Origin: Flavobacteriaceae bacterium
GTDB lineage: Bacteria; Bacteroidota; Bacteroidia; Flavobacteriales; Flavobacteriaceae
Direction: 5' to 3'
DNA length: 42,368 bases
Assembly: GCA_030625995.1 (NCBI GenBank)
Contig: DAOUPU010000001.1
Coordinates: 1 to 42,368 of the forward strand
The notes beneath the pieces were generated by a model. It did no database searches, had not been told where the DNA came from, and saw only the letters and a list, made by a program, of their open reading frames with translations. Below, piece by piece: positions 28,781 through 37,763 of the stretch. How positions within the stretch are numbered: the stretch's first letter is position 1; every line of letters starts with the position of its first letter. The position numbers and the translations under genes are program-made.

Positions 28781-31183
28781 ATGAAACGACGAATCCATAA
28801 GGTAGCGGTAATTGGTTCAGGTATAATGGGGTCAGGTATTGCATGTCACTTTGCAAATATTGGAGTTGAAGTATTACTATTAGATATCATCCCTAATGAG
28901 TTAGATGATAAAGAATTAACAAATGGTCTAAGTTTAGAAGATAAAAGTGTTAGAAACAGAATAGTTAATGAAAGCCTGAAGGCAACACTAAAATCAAAAC
29001 CTTCACCGATATACGATCAAAAATTTGCCAGCAGAATAACTACCGGTAATTTGGAAGATGATCTGCATCGCATTAGTGAGGTAGATTGGATTATTGAGGT
29101 AGTCGTTGAAAGATTGGACATTAAGAAACAAGTTTTTGAAAAGATCGAGAAGTACAGGAAAAATGGGACACTCATCACTTCTAATACATCTGGAATTCCA
29201 ATTAAGTATATGAACGAAGGCCGAAGCGAGGATTTTCAAAAACACTTTGCTGTCACTCATTTTTTTAATCCCCCTAGGTATTTAAAATTATTTGAAGTTA
29301 TTCCTGGTCCAAAATGTGATCAAGAAATTACTGATTTCTTAATGATTTATGGCGAGAAATATTTGGGTAAAACTTCTGTGCTAGCCAAAGATACACCAGC
29401 ATTTATTGGAAATAGAATCGGAATTTTCGGAATAATGAGTTTGTTGCATGTTGTAAAGGATATGGGCTTAACCATTGAAGAAGTGGATAAATTAACCGGC
29501 CCTGTAATCGGACGACCTAAATCCGCAACTTTTAGAACAGTTGATGTTGTTGGTTTGGATACTTTGGTACACACATCAAATGGCGTTGCTCAAAATGCTC
29601 CGGACGATGAAATGCACGATACATTTGCAATTCCTGATTTTGTTAACAAAATGATGGAAAACAAATGGTTAGGGTCTAAGACAAACCAAGGCTTCTATAA
29701 GAAAATAGTGGATGACAAAGGAAAAAAGCAAATTTTCGGATTGGACCTTGAAACATTTGAATACCGCCCTGCAAAAAAAGTATCCTTCTCCACACTGGGA
29801 ATGACAAAATCTATTAATAAAGTTATTGATCGGTTTAAAGTACTAGTAAAAGGAAAAGATAAAGCCGGTGATTTTTACAGAAAAACATTCACGGCGATGT
29901 TTCAATATGCAACGAATCGGATTCCTGAAATTTCTGATGAATTATATAGAATTGATGATGCCATGAAAGCAGGTTTTGGTTGGGAACACGGGCCCTTTCA
30001 AATATGGGATGCAATAGGATTAGAAGCCGGAATTGAATTGATGAAAGCAGAAGGATATTCTCCGAACAATTGGGTGACTGAAATGCTTGATAATGGTAAT
30101 ACTTCATTTTATACCGTAAAAGATGGAGCTAAATACTATTACGATATTCCTTCAAAAACATATGTAAAAATTCCGGGGCAAGACGCTTTTATTATTTTAG
30201 ATAATATTCGTGAAGCCAAAACTATTTGGTCAAATCAGGATGCTGCCATACAACATCTGGGCGATGGTGTGTTGAACGTCGAATTTCAATCTAAAATGAA
30301 TACAATCGGTGGTGGCGTTTTACAGGCTATCAATAAAGGTATTGATCTCGCCGAGCAAGAATACGAAGCTGTTATTTTAGGTAATCAGGCAGCTAATTTT
30401 TCAGTAGGAGCAAATCTCGCAATGGCGTTTATGTTGGCAATTGAGCAAGAATATGACGAATTGGCCATGGCTACCAAATTATTCCAGGATACAGTAATGC
30501 GATTGCGATATTCATCGGTACCAACTTTGTTGACTCCCCGTGGAATGACATTTGGTGGAGCTTGCGAAATGAGTATGCACGTAGATAAAGTAGTGGCTGC
30601 TGCAGAAACATATACTGGCCTTGTTGAATTTGGAGTTGGTATTATTCCTGCCGGGGCCGGAACTAAAGAAATGACCAAAAGAGTTTCCGACCTATGGGTA
30701 AAGGATGATGTAAAATTAAACAGACTAAGAGATGCCTTTATAAATATTGCTATGGCCAAGGTGGCAACCTCTGCCCACGAAGCCTTTGATTTAGGGTATT
30801 ATCAAAAAGGAAAAGATATTGTGGTTGTAAACGCAGACAGGCAAATAGCCACTGCGAAGAGATACGCAATTGAAATGTTGGAGGATGGATATACCAGACC
30901 CGCAAAGCAAAAAGTAAAAGTATTGGGACAACAAGCGTTAGGTATGTTTTTAGTTGGTACAGACAGTTTGCAAAAAGGAAGATTTGCATCTGAACACGAC
31001 AAAAAAATAGCTAATAAACTAGGCTATGTGATGGCAGGAGGAAATTTATCCGAACCCACAGAAGTTTCGGAGCAATACTTACTTGATCTTGAGCGTGAAG
31101 CAATTTTATCTTTATTAACTGAAAGAAAAACATTAGAGAGAATTGAGCATACCTTGAAAACGGGTAAACCTTTGAGAAACTAA
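28781..31183 (+). CDS. fadN: 3-hydroxyacyl-CoA dehydrogenase / enoyl-CoA hydratase (FadN-type)
   Basis: GSGIMGSGIA, SNTSGI, HFFNPPRY and FIGNRI; C-terminal crotonase motifs FSVGANL, GGACE and GLVEFGVG. Confidence 0.93.
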   Translation: MKRRIHKVAVIGSGIMGSGIACHFANIGVEVLLLDIIPNELDDKELTNGLSLEDKSVRNRIVNESLKATLKSKPSPIYDQKFASRITTGNLEDDLHRISEVDWIIEVVVERLDIKKQVFEKIEKYRKNGTLITSNTSGIPIKYMNEGRSEDFQKHFAVTHFFNPPRYLKLFEVIPGPKCDQEITDFLMIYGEKYLGKTSVLAKDTPAFIGNRIGIFGIMSLLHVVKDMGLTIEEVDKLTGPVIGRPKSATFRTVDVVGLDTLVHTSNGVAQNAPDDEMHDTFAIPDFVNKMMENKWLGSKTNQGFYKKIVDDKGKKQIFGLDLETFEYRPAKKVSFSTLGMTKSINKVIDRFKVLVKGKDKAGDFYRKTFTAMFQYATNRIPEISDELYRIDDAMKAGFGWEHGPFQIWDAIGLEAGIELMKAEGYSPNNWVTEMLDNGNTSFYTVKDGAKYYYDIPSKTYVKIPGQDAFIILDNIREAKTIWSNQDAAIQHLGDGVLNVEFQSKMNTIGGGVLQAINKGIDLAEQEYEAVILGNQAANFSVGANLAMAFMLAIEQEYDELAMATKLFQDTVMRLRYSSVPTLLTPRGMTFGGACEMSMHVDKVVAAAETYTGLVEFGVGIIPAGAGTKEMTKRVSDLWVKDDVKLNRLRDAFINIAMAKVATSAHEAFDLGYYQKGKDIVVVNADRQIATAKRYAIEMLEDGYTRPAKQKVKVLGQQALGMFLVGTDSLQKGRFASEHDKKIANKLGYVMAGGNLSEPTEVSEQYLLDLEREAILSLLTERKTLERIEHTLKTGKPLRN

Positions 31184-31352
31184 GGTTTCTTTAGAAAAGA
31201 GAATTGAGAAGATAGTATTGACTTGCGAAAAATGAGTTGGAAGAATATTTCAATTAAAAAACATTTTAAAATCGATAGAATAAAAAATAAAATCCTGAAG
31301 AAAGTTATGAGATATCTCACTTCTCAATACAAACTTCAAAATACAATAAACA

Positions 31353-32534
31353 ATGAAAACAGCATATATAGTAAAAGGATTTAGAACTGCAGTTGGAAAA
31401 GCACCCAGAGGAGTTTTTAGATTCAAACGCCCGGATGAAATGGCTTCTGAAACAATTGAGTACTTGTTAAAACAAGTTCCACAACTCGATAAAAACAGAA
31501 TCGATGATGTTATCGTTGGTAACGCCATGCCCGAAGCAGAACAGGGATTGAATATGGGTCGATTGGTTTCTTTAATGGGATTAAAGACGGATGAAGTGGC
31601 AGGAGTTACTGTAAACAGATATTGTGCATCAGGATTAGAAACAATTTCAATTGCAACGGCGAAAATTCAATCGGGAATGGCAGAATGTATTATAGCCGGT
31701 GGTGTTGAGAGTATGAGTTATATTCCTATGGGAGGGTATCGCCCTGTTCCTAATTACAAATCTTCCATTGAAGGACATGAAGATTATTATTGGGGAATGG
31801 GTTTAACCGCAGAAGCGGTGGCAAGCCAATATAAGGTTAGCAGAGAAGATCAGGATGAGTTTTCCTACCAGTCTCATGTAAAGTCCTTGAATGCCTTGGA
31901 CAATGATATATTTAAAGACGATATAGCACCCATTAATGTTGAGCAGGTCTTTTTAGATAAGAACGGCAAAAAGCAGACAAAAGAATATGTTGTAGCCATT
32001 GATGAGGGTCCCAGAAGGGGAACTTCTGTAGAAGCACTCTCGAAACTACGTCCGGTATTTGCCGCAGGCGGAAGTGTTACTGCGGGTAATTCCTCTCAAA
32101 TGAGTGATGGAGCGGCGTTCGTTTTGGTGATGAGTGAAAAAATGGTAAAAGAGTTAAATCTTGAACCTATAGCCAGGATGGTTTCTTATAGTGCTGTTGG
32201 TGTAGAACCAAGAATTATGGGCATTGGTCCTGTAAAAGCGATACCAAAAGCTTTAGAACAGGCAGGATTACAATTAAAAGACATAGATCTAATTGAGTTG
32301 AATGAAGCTTTTGCATCTCAATCATTGGCAGTAATAAGGGAAACAGGTCTGAATCAAGATATTGTAAATGTAAATGGCGGAGCAATATCTCTTGGTCACC
32401 CATTGGGATGTACAGGTGCTAAATTATCGGTTCAATTATTCAATGAAATGAAACGAAGGAAAAATAAGTATGGAATAGTTACCATGTGTGTTGGTACAGG
32501 ACAAGGAGCAGCAGGAGTATACGAAATATTATAA
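31353..32534 (+). CDS. fadA: acetyl-CoA C-acyltransferase (thiolase)
   Basis: [32 protein letters not shown] and CVGTGQG motifs. Confidence 0.95.
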   Translation: MKTAYIVKGFRTAVGKAPRGVFRFKRPDEMASETIEYLLKQVPQLDKNRIDDVIVGNAMPEAEQGLNMGRLVSLMGLKTDEVAGVTVNRYCASGLETISIATAKIQSGMAECIIAGGVESMSYIPMGGYRPVPNYKSSIEGHEDYYWGMGLTAEAVASQYKVSREDQDEFSYQSHVKSLNALDNDIFKDDIAPINVEQVFLDKNGKKQTKEYVVAIDEGPRRGTSVEALSKLRPVFAAGGSVTAGNSSQMSDGAAFVLVMSEKMVKELNLEPIARMVSYSAVGVEPRIMGIGPVKAIPKALEQAGLQLKDIDLIELNEAFASQSLAVIRETGLNQDIVNVNGGAISLGHPLGCTGAKLSVQLFNEMKRRKNKYGIVTMCVGTGQGAAGVYEIL

Positions 32535-32667
32535 ATGAAAAATTATTTAATAAAGTAAAACTTTCTATATAGGCTTGAATATTTAATCGTTAGAGAACAT
32601 TATCAGCTCAAAAGATCATTTAACCTTCAAATATTCAATTCTAATTCTATTTAAAAACCAAGATTAC

Positions 32668-34461
32668 ATGAAAACGATAAAAGGAGGACAATTTTTGATT
32701 GAGGATGTGCAAAAAGAAAACATCTTTATAACAGAGGAATTTACAGAGGAACATATCATGATGAAAGAAGCCGTGATAGAATTCATAGATCGAGAGGTCT
32801 GGCCACTGAAAGAAAGGTTTGAAAATAAGGATTATGCATTGACGGAAGAAATTATGCGTAAAATTGGAGATATGGGCTTCTTAGGAATATCCATACCAGA
32901 ACAATATGGTGGTATTGGGATGGGATTTGTTTCAACGATGTTGGTGACCGACTATATGTCTGCTGCTACAGGTTCGCTGGCTACAGCATACGGAGCGCAT
33001 ACAGGAATTGGAACCATGCCAATATTTCTTTATGGTACAGAAGAACAAAAGCAAAAATATCTTCCTTCATTAACTACCGGTGAAAAATTTGGTGCTTATT
33101 GTTTGACCGAACCCGAAGCTGGTAGTGATGCCAATTCCGGAAAGACAACCGCAAAATTGAGCGATGACGGGACTCATTATTTGATCAATGGTCAGAAAAT
33201 GTGGATCTCAAACGCTGGTTTTGCTGAAATATTCATTGTTTTCGCCAGGATAGAAGATGATAAGAATATTACAGGATTCATTATGGAGTTTGATAAAGAG
33301 AATCCGAATGGGGTAACTCTTGGAGAAGAAGAAAATAAACTGGGAATTCATTCCTCCTCTACCCGGCAAGTTTTTTTTAGCGACACAAAAATACCGGTTG
33401 AGAATATGTTGTCCGAAAGAGGACAAGGATTTAAAATTGCACTTAATTCACTGAATGTTGGCCGAATTAAATTGGCTGCTGCCTGTCTTGATGCCAGTAG
33501 AAGAATTATTACAGAATCTGTAAAATACGCTAACGAGCGTATCCAATTCAAAACTCCCATTTCAAATTTTGGAGCTATACAGGCTAAATTGGCGGATATG
33601 AGTACAAAGACATTTGCAAGCGATGCGGGTTCGTATCGAGCGGCAAAGGACATTCAAAATTACATTGATGCTTTAAAGAAAAAGGGGGAATCAGAGGAAG
33701 CAGCAAAATTAGAGGCCTATAGTGAATATGCCATTGAGGCCGCAATCCTTAAGGTATATGCCTCGGAAACTTCTCAATTTGTATCGGATGAAGGAATTCA
33801 AATATTTGGAGGAATGGGCTTCTCCAAAGATACTCCTATGGAATCTGCGTGGAGAGACGCTCGAATTACAAGAATATATGAGGGAACTAATGAGATAAAT
33901 AGAATGTTAACTGTTGGAATGTTGCTTAAAAAGGCTATGACAGGAAGCATAGATCTACTTACACCAGCCACTGAGGTTGGAAATAGCCTGATGGCTATCC
34001 CATCATTTGATATTCCTGATTTTTCTGAATTACTATCGGAAGAAAAAGAAATGATCTCTAAATTAAAAAAAGTATTCCTGATGATCTCAGGTAAAGCTGT
34101 ACAAACCTATGGGATGGAGTTGGAAAATCACCAACAATTGGTATTAGCCGCAGCAGAAGTTATGATTGAAATTTATATGGCAGAAAGTGCAATTCTCAAA
34201 GCAGAAAAAGTTGCCACGATGACAACAGAAAAGGAAGCTGAAGGACAAATTGCCATGGCTAAATTATGTTTGTATCAGGCTGTCAACAAAATTACTGAAA
34301 AAGGAAAAGAAGCTATTGTTTATTTTGCCGATGGCGATGAAGAACGAATGATGTTAATGGGTTTAAAACGATTTACCAAATACACAAACAACCCTAATGC
34401 AATTCAACTCAGAAAAATAATTGCTTCCAAAGTGATCGCTGAGAATAAGTATTGTTTTTAG
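32668..34461 (+). CDS. fadE: acyl-CoA dehydrogenase (VLCAD/FadE-type)
   Basis: YCLTEPEAGSDA, NGQKMWISN, QIFGGMGF and RIYEGTNEINR, plus a C-terminal extension. Confidence 0.94.
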   Translation: MKTIKGGQFLIEDVQKENIFITEEFTEEHIMMKEAVIEFIDREVWPLKERFENKDYALTEEIMRKIGDMGFLGISIPEQYGGIGMGFVSTMLVTDYMSAATGSLATAYGAHTGIGTMPIFLYGTEEQKQKYLPSLTTGEKFGAYCLTEPEAGSDANSGKTTAKLSDDGTHYLINGQKMWISNAGFAEIFIVFARIEDDKNITGFIMEFDKENPNGVTLGEEENKLGIHSSSTRQVFFSDTKIPVENMLSERGQGFKIALNSLNVGRIKLAAACLDASRRIITESVKYANERIQFKTPISNFGAIQAKLADMSTKTFASDAGSYRAAKDIQNYIDALKKKGESEEAAKLEAYSEYAIEAAILKVYASETSQFVSDEGIQIFGGMGFSKDTPMESAWRDARITRIYEGTNEINRMLTVGMLLKKAMTGSIDLLTPATEVGNSLMAIPSFDIPDFSELLSEEKEMISKLKKVFLMISGKAVQTYGMELENHQQLVLAAAEVMIEIYMAESAILKAEKVATMTTEKEAEGQIAMAKLCLYQAVNKITEKGKEAIVYFADGDEERMMLMGLKRFTKYTNNPNAIQLRKIIASKVIAENKYCF

Positions 34462-34478
34462 AACGATATAGATCCTTC

Positions 34479-34512
34479 AAAAAAATCCCGTCTGAATCGG
34501 GATTTTTTGTTT
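34479..34512 (+). terminator. intrinsic (bidirectional) terminator after the fad operon
   Basis: AAAAAATCCCG-TCTGAAT-CGGGATTTTTT between convergent genes. Confidence 0.88.
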
Positions 34513-34592
34513 TCTAGAAATTTTTATCAAAAAATATTGGTTATTAAATACCGTCATTAAAGAAGACGAACATACTTGACGAACTCCTCTAA

Positions 34593-35069
34593 TTATTCAG
34601 TACAATCTTCTTTTCTTCTTGTATCCATTAGATTAATAATGCGCCATTTGTTATTTTTCCTCACTAATTGGAAGGCATCTATCCCACAATGGCTAAAAGT
34701 TTCGCCAAGATAAAATGAATAATCTGTCCAAACCTGTGCTATATCACCATCAATTTGAATAGTGGTATTATATATTTTTTCATCCCAAATCTCATCATGA
34801 GCCGTACCTATTGCAATTAAAAATTTGGATAATTTTCCTTCATGTAATACAGGTTCACCTGTATCTTTTCTATAGGCGGTAAACATGCGTACATCTTTTC
34901 TAAAAACACTACTCACCTTTGCGCTATCCCCTTCTCTCATGCCATCAAACATTGTAATAATTACTTGATGAACCGCTAAGCTATCCCTCGATATATCTGT
35001 TTGAGCTCTTGAAGCTGTTGATAATAAAATGACTAGAAAAAAACTGAAAAAATACTTTAAGTAATTCAT
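34593..35069 (-). CDS. NTF2/SnoaL-like family exported protein
   Basis: Signal peptide, MFDGMREGDSA, IDGDIAQVWTDYSFY, SHCGIDAFQL and W-x-I...DTRRK. Confidence 0.85.
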   Translation of the reverse strand: MNYLKYFFSFFLVILLSTASRAQTDISRDSLAVHQVIITMFDGMREGDSAKVSSVFRKDVRMFTAYRKDTGEPVLHEGKLSKFLIAIGTAHDEIWDEKIYNTTIQIDGDIAQVWTDYSFYLGETFSHCGIDAFQLVRKNNKWRIINLMDTRRKEDCTE

Positions 35070-35082
35070 TGACAGAACTTAT

Positions 35083-36201
35083 TTAAATTTTTATTTCTTT
35101 AATTTCAATATTTAATTGTCTCTGTATTTCACGCAATCTTTCAACTTCACTGGATATAATCAAAGCAAATGAGAGTCCCGTTTTACCCGCTCTGGCTGTT
35201 CTACCACTTCTGTGTGTATAGTATTCCAATTTTTCAGGTAATTGATGATGAATTACATAGCCCAAGTTATGTACATCTATTCCACGAGCTGAAACGTCAG
35301 TGGAAACCAATATTTGCAGACTTTCATTCTTGAACGCACGCATTACTTTATCTCGCTCTTTTTGTTGCATATCTCCTTCTAGAGCACCTACAGAAAAGCC
35401 TTCTTCTTTTAATTTTTCTGTTAAACTTTGAGTGCCGGCTTTGGTTCTGCAAAATACGATACCTCTTTCCTCTTCCCTGCCTTCCAATAATTGCACCAAA
35501 ACATCAAATTTTTCTTTCACCGTAGTCTTAATAAATCGATGGCTAATGTTCTCATTAACCAAAGCATTTTTATTTACCTCTATCCTAATTGCCTTTGGTG
35601 ACATATGCTTTTTTATAATACTTTGAATTTCTTCTGGCATCGTTGCTGAAAATAACCATGTATTTCTTGCTCCATTGGTATATTTTAGAATTCTATTCAA
35701 TTCTAACTTAAAACCCATACTAAGCATTTCGTCTGCTTCATCCAATACCAAGGTGTTTATATTTTTTAAGTTCACCTCTCCTCTTTCTATCATATCGATC
35801 AATCTGCCTGGTGTAGCAACTACTACATGCGTTGGCCTTTTAAGGTTATTTATTTGCTTCTCTATTTTTTCCCCTCCATAAACCGCTTCAATAAAAATTT
35901 TGTCATCGATGTATTTTGTGAACTTAAAAAGTTGTTTTTTAATCTGTTGAACCAACTCTCTGGTGGGAGACAGTATAAGTGCCTGAATTACCGGTTTACC
36001 CGGATCGATTCCCTTTAAAACAGGAATTCCAAAAGCAGCAGTTTTGCCCGTTCCTGTTTGAGCTAAACCGATGAAATCTGTTTTGGACTCCAATAAGCAA
36101 GGAATGGTTTTTATTTGAATTTCTGTTGGCGATTTAATACCTAGCTCTTGTAAGCCCTTTAGATAATCTTTATCTACTCCCAATTCTATAAATGATGGCA
36201 T
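35083..36201 (-). CDS. DEAD-box RNA helicase (minimal core)
   Basis: Q motif PTEIQ, AQTGTGKT, PTREL, TPGRL, DEAD, SAT, ARGID and HRSGRTAR. A -7 box TAATTTTG lies at 36224-36231. Confidence 0.95.
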   Translation of the reverse strand: MPSFIELGVDKDYLKGLQELGIKSPTEIQIKTIPCLLESKTDFIGLAQTGTGKTAAFGIPVLKGIDPGKPVIQALILSPTRELVQQIKKQLFKFTKYIDDKIFIEAVYGGEKIEKQINNLKRPTHVVVATPGRLIDMIERGEVNLKNINTLVLDEADEMLSMGFKLELNRILKYTNGARNTWLFSATMPEEIQSIIKKHMSPKAIRIEVNKNALVNENISHRFIKTTVKEKFDVLVQLLEGREEERGIVFCRTKAGTQSLTEKLKEEGFSVGALEGDMQQKERDKVMRAFKNESLQILVSTDVSARGIDVHNLGYVIHHQLPEKLEYYTHRSGRTARAGKTGLSFALIISSEVERLREIQRQLNIEIKEIKI

Positions 36202-36266
36202 ACTCTTATTTTTTATTAGAGTGCAAAATTACGTATTAAATTAAGGCAAATAAGGTAATGAATTGA

Positions 36267-36935
36267 TTATTTATTTGAAGACTGATTTATATATTTCCCA
36301 ACAATTATTGCTGTAATAATTACCAAATAAAATTGTCCCATTAAACCAATTAGAAAAGATGATTTTTGAGCCATCTGTGTTGTTGGAAGAACATCGCCAT
36401 AGCCTATTGCAAGCATGGTAATATAACTGTAGTACATGATCGAATCACTTTTTAATTCCGGATTACTCAATGATGTTAACAAACCTTGAAACGATCCCGG
36501 GTGAACCATTTCAATACTGAAACAAATAAAAAAACCAACGAGTCCTAAGGAGATATATCCGCTGATCACTCCTAAAATAACGACTTCATTTACTTTTTTA
36601 GCAGTCCAAATTTGAAATATTATTGCGCTGGTTACCACGACATAAAATAAAAAATAAACTCCCATTCGAACGGACTTGAATACTTCTCTGTCCCCAAAAC
36701 CCACCAATCTTGAGCCAATATCCAGAATATCAACGAAAAACAGAAAGATAAAAAAGAACATTAATTTCTTTCTTTTGGAAATTAATAGAATTCCTGCAAG
36801 AAGATTTGCTAAAAAAATGTAGTGTGAAATAATATTGTCATAAATTTTTTCCGGAAATACTAACGATCCAAACAAAATAGCAAGTAGCGTAAATAAAAAT
36901 ATCTGGTAACGATGAGGGTAAAGTTTATCTATCAT
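36267..36935 (-). CDS. potassium channel family (Ion_trans_2) membrane protein
   Basis: Multiple TM helices, pore helix YYSYITML-AIGYGD-VLP and inner helix GQFYL. Confidence 0.85.
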   Translation of the reverse strand: MIDKLYPHRYQIFLFTLLAILFGSLVFPEKIYDNIISHYIFLANLLAGILLISKRKKLMFFFIFLFFVDILDIGSRLVGFGDREVFKSVRMGVYFLFYVVVTSAIIFQIWTAKKVNEVVILGVISGYISLGLVGFFICFSIEMVHPGSFQGLLTSLSNPELKSDSIMYYSYITMLAIGYGDVLPTTQMAQKSSFLIGLMGQFYLVIITAIIVGKYINQSSNK

Positions 36936-37006
36936 GTTGGTTAATTTTGGAATAAATATAGCTAATTAAAGATTTAAATGTTCATTAATTATTCTACAAA
37001 AATATT

Positions 37007-37672
37007 CTACCAATCAATTTGAGATCTATCGATCTTTTTTAAATATTCATTGGTCTTACTAAAATGTCTGTTCCCAAACCAATAACCCCTGTTGGCACTT
37101 AATGGTGAAGGGTGACCGGAAGTCAATATAATATGGTTCTTATTATTTATCTTATTTCCTTTTTTTTTGGCAAATCCCCCCCAAAGTAAGAACACGATAT
37201 TTTCTTTTTTATCTGATATGGTTTTTATTACTGCATCAGTAAATTCTTCCCACCCATGTTTTTGATGAGAACCAGCCATTCCATTTCGAACAGTTAATGT
37301 TGCATTTAACAGTAGAACGCCTTGATCTGCCCAGAACTCTAAATTGCCTGATCTTGGATAAGGTTTGTTAAGATCTTTCTCGATTTCTTTAAAAATATTG
37401 ATCAAAGATGGTGGGTGTGAAATTCCATCATGAACAGAAAAACAAAGTCCGTTGGCTTGATTTAAACCATGATAAGGATCTTGTCCAATGATCACTACCT
37501 TTACATCATCAAATGAACAATGATTAAAGGCTGCAAAGATCTCGCCACCTTTAGGATAGCAAGTATTTTGCTTATACTCTGTTTTTATAAATTTGATTAG
37601 CCTTTCGAAATAAGGTTTTTCAAATTCATCTTTTAAAACCTTCTTCCATCCTTTTTCAATTGTAACTTCCAT
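37007..37672 (-). CDS. ung: uracil-DNA glycosylase (family 1)
   Basis: GQDPYH, GLCFSV, PPSL.NI, QGVLLLNA and HPSPLS motifs. Confidence 0.97.
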   Translation of the reverse strand: MEVTIEKGWKKVLKDEFEKPYFERLIKFIKTEYKQNTCYPKGGEIFAAFNHCSFDDVKVVIIGQDPYHGLNQANGLCFSVHDGISHPPSLINIFKEIEKDLNKPYPRSGNLEFWADQGVLLLNATLTVRNGMAGSHQKHGWEEFTDAVIKTISDKKENIVFLLWGGFAKKKGNKINNKNHIILTSGHPSPLSANRGYWFGNRHFSKTNEYLKKIDRSQIDW

Positions 37673-37763
37673 TAATTTTTTTTTAAATCTACTTTTAATT
37701 AACTCTAAATTATCTATTTATAGATGGATTATCTATTTTTGTTTTCTTTACAATATTACAATT

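Noticed and set aside
31232-31384. 50-aa + strand ORF (MSWKNISIKK...) in the fadN-fadA spacer
   Set aside because: It overlaps the fadA start out of frame, has low-complexity K/N/I composition and shows no recognisable fold.
34551-34585. Short CGTCA/TGACG inverted and GACGAAC direct repeats
   Set aside because: Too short and only two copies; no array or att-like structure.
37160-37168. A9 run in ung (and A8 runs in rny and the PPi-type PFK)
   Set aside because: In-frame Lys codons in intact genes; no evidence of phase variation.
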